From the NCBI GenBank assembly GCA_016204995.1, contig JACQJR010000002.1:96551-160550 (forward strand): a stretch of DNA of 64,000 nt. The letters are read 5' to 3'. Of the stretch, positions 54,680 to 61,284 are shown piece after piece (the stretch's first letter is position 1; each line of letters begins with the position of its first letter). A program made the position numbers and the translations under genes. The notes beneath the pieces were generated by a model. The model was not told where the DNA came from and made no database searches. It saw nothing but the letters and a program-made list of their open reading frames with translations. This DNA is from Candidatus Microgenomates bacterium. Its GTDB lineage: Bacteria; Patescibacteriota; Microgenomatia; UBA8517; JACQJR01.

Positions 54680-55219
54680 TTAGGATTGTTTCGAATTTAG
54701 TGCTTCGGATTTCGTGCTTAAGATATAAACTAATTTAGACATATTTGCCTGTAATGTACCAGTTAACTGGTACATTGGCGCGTTTAATACCCCCAGCAGT
54801 TGTCCAAATAAAACTTCGCGGCCCGGCAAACGCGATAATTTCAGAAGTGCTGCCGCGTCCTGAACCGTGCCGGAAATAATTCCTGCCTTGAGAGCTAGTA
54901 ATTCAAATTCTTTGATAAATTTACCCAAAACTTGAATTGGTGCCAGCTCATCTTGCTGGGCAATTACTATCGCAGTCTGACCAGTTAAAGACGAAACAAT
55001 ATTATCTGATAATTCTTTTAAATTAGAAGCTACCAGCGATCTTTTCAGAAGAGTATTTTTAGCCACCAGCATTTTACTGCCAGCCTCGCGCAACCGGCGG
55101 CGTAAAGTCTCCTGCTCACTAACTTTCAAGCCAGTTAAATTTACCAAAACGAGCGATTTAGCGTCATTAATTTTGGCTGTTAAGTCGTTTACAAAAATGA
55201 TTTTTTCTGGTTTTTTCAT
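54680..55219 (-). CDS. rplJ: 50S ribosomal protein L10
   Basis: L10 family pattern. Immediately upstream of rplL on the same strand. Confidence 0.85.
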   Translation of the reverse strand: MKKPEKIIFVNDLTAKINDAKSLVLVNLTGLKVSEQETLRRRLREAGSKMLVAKNTLLKRSLVASNLKELSDNIVSSLTGQTAIVIAQQDELAPIQVLGKFIKEFELLALKAGIISGTVQDAAALLKLSRLPGREVLFGQLLGVLNAPMYQLTGTLQANMSKLVYILSTKSEALNSKQS

Positions 55220-55246
55220 GGTTCGGCAAGCTCACCACAGTACATT

Positions 55247-55270
55247 AAAAAAGCGCTCCACCGAGCGCTC
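55247..55270 (-). terminator. rho-independent terminator/attenuator in the rplJ leader
   Basis: Minus-strand AGCGCTC-GGTG-GAGCGCT hairpin followed by TTTTTT, about 28 nt upstream of the rplJ ATG. Confidence 0.45.
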
Positions 55271-55445
55271 AAAGATCTAAATTCTAATATCTAAAATCTA
55301 GATGAGGTGCCTCGGTGAGATTTATTACGTTCATGTAACTGAACGTAACTCACTGTCTTAAGCTTTCATTTATTTTAACACACAAAGGCCCCTGTTGCAA
55401 GTTGCACACAAGGGCCGCCGAGAAGTCAAGTCCGGCGAAGCCGGG

Positions 55446-55553
55446 CTATTCCTCCTCCTCTTCCTCATCCTTTTTCTCTTCTTCCTCCTCCTCTTCCTCT
55501 TCATCCTCATCTTCATCATCAGCTAATTTCATTACGACATCATCTTGCATCAT
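55446..55553 (-). CDS. possible acidic leader micro-ORF (35 aa: MMQDDVVMKLADDEDEDEEEEEEEEEKKDEEEEEE)
   Basis: Not in the track. Strong SD AGGAGGTG 7 nt upstream. Directly downstream of the Element X copy 2 promoter, upstream of the structured rplJ leader. Confidence 0.3.
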   Translation of the reverse strand: MMQDDVVMKLADDEDEDEEEEEEEEEKKDEEEEEE

Positions 55554-55594
55554 TTTCTTCTCACCTCCTTTATAAACTTGACCACAGCCAAGTG

Positions 55595-55722
55595 GGACAC
55601 AGTATAAAAATGAGCCTCTCGTCTGTCAAGGGGCAACTGTGCAAGCAGTTGTCCCGCACCCGCCATGATAACGCTCCTTGAGCCGCAGTAAGAATTTACT
55701 AAGGCGAAAAGTAAGTATCGGC
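55595..55722 (-). promoter_or_regulatory. Element X copy 2 (inverted) with sigma70-like promoter (TTGACA-N17-TATACT) reading toward rplJ
   Basis: The reverse complement is near-identical to copy 1 over ~100 nt, including the GGGGCAACT..AGTTGCCCC hairpin and the CTCAAGGAGCGTTATCATGGCGGGTGCGGG segment. Confidence 0.5.
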
Positions 55723-55849
55723 AGGAAGAGAGCAAAAATTTCCCACTTGACAGAGTTACGACTTATTTGATACCTTCTTGTACAGTCTTTCCGCCTTTTC
55801 CGGCGAAGCCGGATTCGGCGAGACAAGTCCCGCCCACTAGAAAGTCATA

Positions 55850-56062
55850 ATGTCGCCCGCCAGAAAAATTAAACTTGACGATTTGCCAGATTTATTAACA
55901 GTTCGCGAAGTCTCCGAAGTTTTGCGCGTTTCTCCACTCACGATTAAACGCTGGGGCAAGCGTGGTAAACTTCCACCCATTAGAATTAACAGCCGCGGCG
56001 ATCGCCGCTATAAAAAAGAACAAGTATTGTGGTTATTGGGAATCACGGCAAAGACAGAATAG
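55850..56062 (+). CDS. excisionase/AlpA-family helix-turn-helix DNA-binding protein
   Basis: LLTVREVSEVLRVSPLTIKRWGKRGKLPPIRINSRGDRRYKKEQV matches the HTH_17/Xis pattern. Confidence 0.55.
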   Translation: MSPARKIKLDDLPDLLTVREVSEVLRVSPLTIKRWGKRGKLPPIRINSRGDRRYKKEQVLWLLGITAKTE

Positions 56063-56064
56063 CA

Positions 56065-56145
56065 AAAGGCTCCTTGGCTCTTAGGCTACTAGGCTCTTTG
56101 GTAAAATTCTTCCTAATGACCTAATAGCCCAATGCCCCAAAAGCC
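56065..56145. repeat. tandem degenerate 9-11-mer repeats (GGCTCTTAGGC / GCCTAATAGCC family)
   Basis: GGCTCCTTGGCTCTTAGGCTACTAGGCTCTTTGG...CCTAATGACCTAATAGCCCAATGCCCCAAAAGCC. The same family occurs at 7528-7575, 32735-32765, 40963-41002, 44822-44892, 48698-48775 and in-frame in def, fmt and the Wzy-like gene. Confidence 0.5.
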
Positions 56146-56148
56146 TCA

Positions 56149-57429
56149 TTATGCCACTCTTTCCTTCAAAGCTTCATATGACTTCACTAAATAGTCTTCT
56201 GCCTTTTTAGCTAATACTTCTTTTCTCTTACCGGTGGCTAAATCCGCTTGTTTTTGCTGCTCTTGGGCAAGCACTCGCAAATAAGCAATTTTGTTGGCTT
56301 GAAAAATGGGAATACGGAACAGTTCGGCATAAAGCTCGCGGGTGACATTTTGCAATTCCACATTCTCTGATCTCTTACTATCACTTCTTTTCAAATATTC
56401 AATTTCCAGACTGGCTACCAAACGCGGCTCAAAAGCCAGTTTGACATTTTTGCGCATTAAACTATAAAAGCTAGTTAAAATTCTTTTTGTCCCTTGCCAA
56501 TTTCCTTCGGTCTCACCGGTCGTAATGGCTTTAACAAACATCTCTGCCGCTTCCTTAGCAATTAATAAAGAGGTACCAAATTGAGCTTTAAGGTAACTCA
56601 CAAAAGCCTTCTTAAAAGCGCCTTCCTCTTTAAACTTCCTGGCTCGCCACCAATCCAGTTCCAGTTTAGCAATTAGTTTCGGCTCAAAATCAAATTTGCG
56701 CACACTATCGCCTGCCCCAAAACGGCGGCGGCGGCGGGAATAATCAAGCAAAGCTTCGCGAAACTTGGCCCGGTCAAAATCCGGCAGTAAACATTCATCC
56801 CACCAAATTTCGGCATAATTTGTTTGCCAGGGCATAAAACCGGATAATCTTTCTTCACCGGAAGTTCTGATTAATAAATCAATGTAGGGATAGGGTTGGT
56901 CATTAGTGTCCAAATATGAGGCAAATAATTTTTCGTCTATGGCCTCGACTGGAATTTTATCATCCACGATTTTGCGAGTGACCCGGACAATTTCATCATG
57001 CCCTCCATAATCAATGGCTAAATTAAAAACGTAAGATTTATTATTTCTGGTATCATTTTCTGCTTGCCGAAGTTTTCTAGCCAAACTTTCCGGCAACCTA
57101 TCTTTACGGCCCAAATGAATAATGCGCACATCATCTTTTTTAGCTTCACTGATATGTTGATCAAGAGCTTTTTCAATAATTTTTAAAATGCCGCCGGCTT
57201 CTTTTTCACCCCTTGACCAATTCTCGGTAGAAAAAACCCAGACGGTAAAAGTATGGATGCCAAAATCTCGGCAGGCGCGGGCTATTTCGCCAATCGCTTC
57301 TCCGCCTTGTTCATGGCCTTTATGGATTGGTAAACCGCGAGCCCGCGCCCAACGACGGTTGCCGTCGCAAATTAAAGCGACGTGGTGAGGTACTACAATA
57401 TCTGAAGGCAAGGACAAGTCTGGCGGCAT
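56149..57429 (-). CDS. uppS: undecaprenyl-diphosphate synthase fused to a ~185-aa C-terminal repeat domain
   Basis: N-terminal cis-prenyltransferase core (HVALICDGNRRWA, FSTENWSR). C-terminal extension with two FEP(K/R)L(I/V)A.LE(L/I) repeats and no TM. Confidence 0.8.
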   Translation of the reverse strand: MPPDLSLPSDIVVPHHVALICDGNRRWARARGLPIHKGHEQGGEAIGEIARACRDFGIHTFTVWVFSTENWSRGEKEAGGILKIIEKALDQHISEAKKDDVRIIHLGRKDRLPESLARKLRQAENDTRNNKSYVFNLAIDYGGHDEIVRVTRKIVDDKIPVEAIDEKLFASYLDTNDQPYPYIDLLIRTSGEERLSGFMPWQTNYAEIWWDECLLPDFDRAKFREALLDYSRRRRRFGAGDSVRKFDFEPKLIAKLELDWWRARKFKEEGAFKKAFVSYLKAQFGTSLLIAKEAAEMFVKAITTGETEGNWQGTKRILTSFYSLMRKNVKLAFEPRLVASLEIEYLKRSDSKRSENVELQNVTRELYAELFRIPIFQANKIAYLRVLAQEQQKQADLATGKRKEVLAKKAEDYLVKSYEALKERVA

Positions 57430-57561
57430 TTTCCTATTGTAGACTATCGGTCAACCTCTGTCAAAAATTGAATCAATCTTTTAGATCCATTTGGATTGTT
57501 CTGTGAAGATTATATCACCAGAAGTTTAAAAAGCAAATCAAATTTTTAATTTTCCATTTAT

Positions 57562-57595
57562 TGACACTTTGTTTCCGATCGGAAAGAAAGTGTCA
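57562..57595 (+). promoter_or_regulatory. 34-nt near-perfect palindromic operator TGACACTTTGTTTCCGATCGGAAAGAAAGTGTCA
   Basis: One mismatch between the arms. Lies between the PaaX-like stop and the uppS promoter region (extended -10 TGATATAAT on the minus strand). A half-site CGATCGGAAAGAAAATGTCA recurs at 58127-58146. Confidence 0.5.
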
Positions 57596-58111
57596 TCACT
57601 CCCTCTCTGCTACTAAGACTTGCACCCACTCCTCAACTTCCAATTCCTTCACAAATTCTCTTAATGGCTTTTCAATATTTCTTTTAGTCGCCCAAACACT
57701 CTTTTGCCAGCAGACAAAACCCCAAGTTTTTAGTCGCCATCTTAATATATTTCGCACTCTCTTTTTATCCTCTGGTATATCAAAAATAACTACTCGCCAT
57801 CTACCATCCCAGTTAGATTTCTCATCCTTTAGAAAACGAGTTAATTTTCTACCATCTTTTGTTAGTTTTAAAATGATTTTTTCTGCTCTCTTACTTTCTT
57901 GCGCTATTAAACCCCTTTGCCGCAATCTCCGAATGGCATGACTTAAGGCTGTATCGCTAATTGGTCGGGGGTAATTGCCATAAACATCATAAATCCATCT
58001 TCTTAAATCAACAGAAGAATTTACTACTAGTTCTCCACCCTCTACTGCTTTTTCTAAAACAAGTAATAGAAGATTGGGAATTGAAACTGTTTCCTTTTTA
58101 TTACTAGCCAC
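57596..58111 (-). CDS. PaaX-like winged-helix transcriptional regulator
   Basis: N-terminal wHTH and C-terminal WDGRWRVVIFDIPE...FVCWQKSVW PaaX-family motif. Start moved to GTG 58111, because a TTGACA-N17-CATAAT promoter lies inside the longer ORF, so the transcript is probably leaderless. Confidence 0.5.
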   Translation of the reverse strand: MASNKKETVSIPNLLLLVLEKAVEGGELVVNSSVDLRRWIYDVYGNYPRPISDTALSHAIRRLRQRGLIAQESKRAEKIILKLTKDGRKLTRFLKDEKSNWDGRWRVVIFDIPEDKKRVRNILRWRLKTWGFVCWQKSVWATKRNIEKPLREFVKELEVEEWVQVLVAERE

Positions 58112-58118
58112 TTGACAA

Positions 58119-58147
58119 ATTATGTGCGATCGGAAAGAAAATGTCAA
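58119..58147 (-). promoter_or_regulatory. sigma70-like promoter (TTGACA-N17-CATAAT) of the PaaX-like gene, overlapped by an operator half-site
   Basis: The -35 is embedded in the CGATCGGAAAGAAAATGTCA half-site, which suggests autoregulation. Confidence 0.4.
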
Positions 58148-58148
58148 G

Positions 58149-58250
58149 AAAAAAGGCACCTTGGGGTAGATATAAAAAATTTAAATCGCGGTTATGTGAC
58201 CAATTTATATATCACCTTTAGGTGCCTTTAAGAACATATTCAGTTGTGGG
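58149..58250 (+). repeat. Element Y copy E
   Basis: Near-identical to copy A. Lies 3' of minus-strand gene 58269..58667. Confidence 0.6.
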
Positions 58251-58268
58251 AAATTTGGGTATTGGTTA

Positions 58269-58667
58269 TTACCGCCAGCGGTTATATCTCCATCGAGGAT
58301 CATACACCCTCAAAAGGGAGGCTACGTAAAAGGTCAATATCCAACCACCGAGACCAGTTGCTACTTGTAGCCAGCTGTTTTTGACTTGCAGAGCCGCAAA
58401 GGTAGATAGTAAAAACATCGCCATGACTATTATAAGCTTTCCTACATTCATCCACTCCCCTTTGCTTCCAACTGGAACCTGCAAATCCTGTTTCTTAAAG
58501 CTAATCCTCTTCTGGCAATCTTCGCAGATGGCGATGTGAACAGTTTGATCTGCTAGATCAAAACGCCGGGCCAGGTCAATGGCAACAGCCGAAGATTCCA
58601 GCAATGCTCGGGCACGCTCCTCCACTGCCTCATCTGCCAGATGATAAACAACAGTCCTATCCGTCAT
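58269..58667 (-). CDS. membrane protein with HxxxCxxC (ZAS-like) motif, GC-rich
   Basis: HIAICEDC fits the zinc anti-sigma H-x3-C-x2-C pattern. Two C-terminal TM helices. RBS AAAGGAG. GC-rich relative to its neighbours. Confidence 0.35.
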   Translation of the reverse strand: MTDRTVVYHLADEAVEERARALLESSAVAIDLARRFDLADQTVHIAICEDCQKRISFKKQDLQVPVGSKGEWMNVGKLIIVMAMFLLSTFAALQVKNSWLQVATGLGGWILTFYVASLLRVYDPRWRYNRWR

Positions 58668-58869
58668 GACTTTCTCCTTTGCCCTGACTTTGCTCTGACA
58701 TCCATTGAGCTACAGACCGGCGATCGCCGCACTGCAAACAGACAATGTCCACGCCCAAACCGTCATCCTCTTCAAAAAGATCGCCGCCGCATTTCTTACA
58801 TTCCCTTAACGACCGTAATCGTTGATCACTATTTTCATTATCTAGATTTCGCCCAAGCACTTCAGACAT
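58657..58869 (-). CDS. zinc-ribbon small protein, GC-rich
   Basis: CKKCGG...CLQCGD two CxxC pairs. Start set at the internal Met with a strong AGGAGG. Confidence 0.4.
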   Translation of the reverse strand: MSEVLGRNLDNENSDQRLRSLRECKKCGGDLFEEDDGLGVDIVCLQCGDRRSVAQWMSEQSQGKGESHDG

Positions 58870-59050
58870 GTCGCCCTCCTTAATTTCCACTAACTGAATG
58901 TTAACGTGCGTTTTGAGTCACAAAGACTAGATACGCGCAAAATGTATCTACCTATGACACAACAAGGCAATTATATACCCATCCAACCTTATTTCCAATA
59001 AATGGGTATATACGAGTACTTTTAGTTAAAAACTAAAATAAGACGATATA

Positions 59051-60091
59051 CTACTTCTCGCGCTCCACAATATAATCAGCCAAACTTTCTAAAATTTCCT
59101 GATAATTTTTATCGCTTGTTAAATGAGGAATTTGTTGTTTACTTTGCGCAACCAATTCTTGGGCCATCTTGACCGCGTAATCCAGAGCAGCTGTTTCCCT
59201 GATGATATCCCGCACTTCTTCCACTTCTTCTAATGTAATGTTCTCATTCCCCCACATTTTTTGTAAAAAATTTTTTTGTTTGGCATTACCCTTCTTTAAT
59301 GCCTCAAGATACAATAAAGTATTTTTGCCTTCTTTAATATCCGAATCAACTGATTTACCTAAAGTTTTTTCGTTGCCAAAAATTCCTAAAATGTCATCCT
59401 GAATTTGATAAGCAATTCCTAACGGCAGAGCAAATTTATCAATTATTTTTAAACTATTTGCGTGAGCCCCGGCGGCCAACGCCCCGTATGTCAGCGGTCC
59501 GATAAAAGTATAATAAGCAGTTTTTAATTTATTAACAGTTAAAATTTGTTGTTCGCTAATCTGTGTTTGGTAAGCCATTTCTACATCTAATGCTTCTCCA
59601 TAAACTGTATTAAGAACTATTTGTAAAATTTCCTGCACTACTTTCTGTAAAATTAGTGGCGGCAAATCTGCGGACAGACAAAGTTTAATCGCCTCATAAA
59701 GTCCAAAGTCACCAGCCAAAATGGCCATACTTTCGCCATAATGAGCAGTTTTATTTTGGGCATATTTAACATGAATGGTAGGTTTGCCATGTCTCATATC
59801 TCCTTTATCAATAATATCGTCATGAATTAATAATGATCCATGAATCATTTCTACCGCCGCGGCAATGGGTAAAATTTTTACTCTATCTTTGCCGCCCCAT
59901 ATTTCATAACCCAATTTGACAAGCCCCGCCCTTAATCTCTTGCCGCCGCCTAAAAAGGCAGTAAAATCTGAGATTAAATCGGCTGCAATTGGAGCTTCTT
60001 TCTTTGCCTGTCCCTGGCATTTTCCCAAATATGAAGCCAGGTATTCATTAACTTGACCCGCCCAATCTGAAAAATATGGCTTGAAGTGCAT
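59051..60091 (-). CDS. polyprenyl diphosphate synthase (trans-IPPS, IspA/IspB family)
   Basis: FARM LIHDDIID and SARM IQDDILG motifs. Confidence 0.85.
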   Translation of the reverse strand: MHFKPYFSDWAGQVNEYLASYLGKCQGQAKKEAPIAADLISDFTAFLGGGKRLRAGLVKLGYEIWGGKDRVKILPIAAAVEMIHGSLLIHDDIIDKGDMRHGKPTIHVKYAQNKTAHYGESMAILAGDFGLYEAIKLCLSADLPPLILQKVVQEILQIVLNTVYGEALDVEMAYQTQISEQQILTVNKLKTAYYTFIGPLTYGALAAGAHANSLKIIDKFALPLGIAYQIQDDILGIFGNEKTLGKSVDSDIKEGKNTLLYLEALKKGNAKQKNFLQKMWGNENITLEEVEEVRDIIRETAALDYAVKMAQELVAQSKQQIPHLTSDKNYQEILESLADYIVEREK

Positions 60092-60106
60092 TTTGCCAAT
60101 TATACA

Positions 60107-60886
60107 CTAGCTGACTAATTTTTCTACAAAATCTCCCACAACATAGGCAATTAACGCAGCTCCTGATCCGACTAAGAGCATTTCCATGCCGCCCCGAAAC
60201 CAACCCACGGCCGTAATCAGCGACCGCAACGACCCCACTATAAATAGTGTCGCCGCCCCGACAATCATGGAAAACATAAATTTATCAGTAATAGCTGGAG
60301 TTAGATATGAAAAAAGCGGAATAAAACCGGCCACAAAAAAGGCCGCGAAAGTGGCCAGAGCATGCTTTTTGGGATCGTCATTGGCATCCTCAATAATACC
60401 CAGCTCGTCCCGCATCATTGTCTCTACCCAAATTTGGCGATCCCCGGTAATAATTTTAACCGCCCTCTCCAAATCCTTTCCCACAAATCCCTTTTTACGA
60501 TAAATTTCCCGTATCTCATCAATTTCCAACTCTGGTAAATGATCAATTTCCCAATTTTCTTTTTGGCGCTGGGCTTTGGCATAAGCTTTTTCCGATCTGG
60601 CCCCCAAAAAATTTCCCGCCCCCATGGAAACGCCATCGGCAAAAATATTAGCCAAACCTAAAATTACCACTATGGAAGGAACCAGGCTGGCGCCGGTCGC
60701 CCCGGCCACTACGGCAAAAGTGGTCACAATACCGTCGCTGGCTCCATAAACAAAATCACCGATATAGCGGCCGGCGGCATGACGATGGAACATTTGCTCT
60801 TCGCGTTGATATTCGGGATTGGTGACCAAATATTCTTTTTTCCGTCTTAGAGCCAGTTGCAAAATATTTTCAATCTTTTGATTCAT
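60107..60886 (-). CDS. VIT1/CCC1-family iron/manganese transporter
   Basis: GASDGIVTTFAVVAG motif and VIT topology. Confidence 0.7.
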   Translation of the reverse strand: MNQKIENILQLALRRKKEYLVTNPEYQREEQMFHRHAAGRYIGDFVYGASDGIVTTFAVVAGATGASLVPSIVVILGLANIFADGVSMGAGNFLGARSEKAYAKAQRQKENWEIDHLPELEIDEIREIYRKKGFVGKDLERAVKIITGDRQIWVETMMRDELGIIEDANDDPKKHALATFAAFFVAGFIPLFSYLTPAITDKFMFSMIVGAATLFIVGSLRSLITAVGWFRGGMEMLLVGSGAALIAYVVGDFVEKLVS

Positions 60887-60971
60887 GACGAAGTCAATCC
60901 TCCCACTTAATAAGCAAAAACAGTCTGGGCCGGATAAATTCTATCTACCACCTGGAGTAATTTAGCAAGCA

Positions 60972-61253
60972 TTATTTGGTTCCTTCTTCCACTCCTTCCA
61001 TCTGCCTAACCAATTGATCGGCTTGTTGCTTATTTTTTAAAGCTTCTCCGGTGAGTTTGGCTGGGCTGATAGCAGTTTCGGCTTCTTCGCCTGCCCGCCG
61101 CTCTCGGGCCAGTTGTTTAGCTTGGGTGGCGTAAGAGACAGCTTTGAGTCGCCGATCCTTAATAATCTTGATAATTTCTGCTGGAGTTATTGGCTGATCC
61201 GGATTTTGATCCATATTATAAAATAGTTTAAACTTTGCTTTGGTTAATTTCAA
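60972..61253 (-). CDS. hypothetical protein
   Basis: 93-aa ORF downstream of tgt. No TM, not YajC-like. Confidence 0.3.
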   Translation of the reverse strand: MKLTKAKFKLFYNMDQNPDQPITPAEIIKIIKDRRLKAVSYATQAKQLARERRAGEEAETAISPAKLTGEALKNKQQADQLVRQMEGVEEGTK

Positions 61254-61284
61254 GCCCAGTTCATGTAAACTAAACGGGGCAAGT

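Noticed and set aside
55550-55826. ORFs 55550..55735 (-) and 55626..55826 (-)
   Set aside because: They run through the Element X copy 2 hairpins and promoter. The identical element upstream of pyrG is noncoding, and there is no consistent frame conservation between the copies beyond the MAG tripeptide.
60972-61253. YajC call for the small gene downstream of tgt
   Set aside because: tgt-yajC linkage is common, but this protein has no N-terminal TM helix and no YajC motif. Left as hypothetical.
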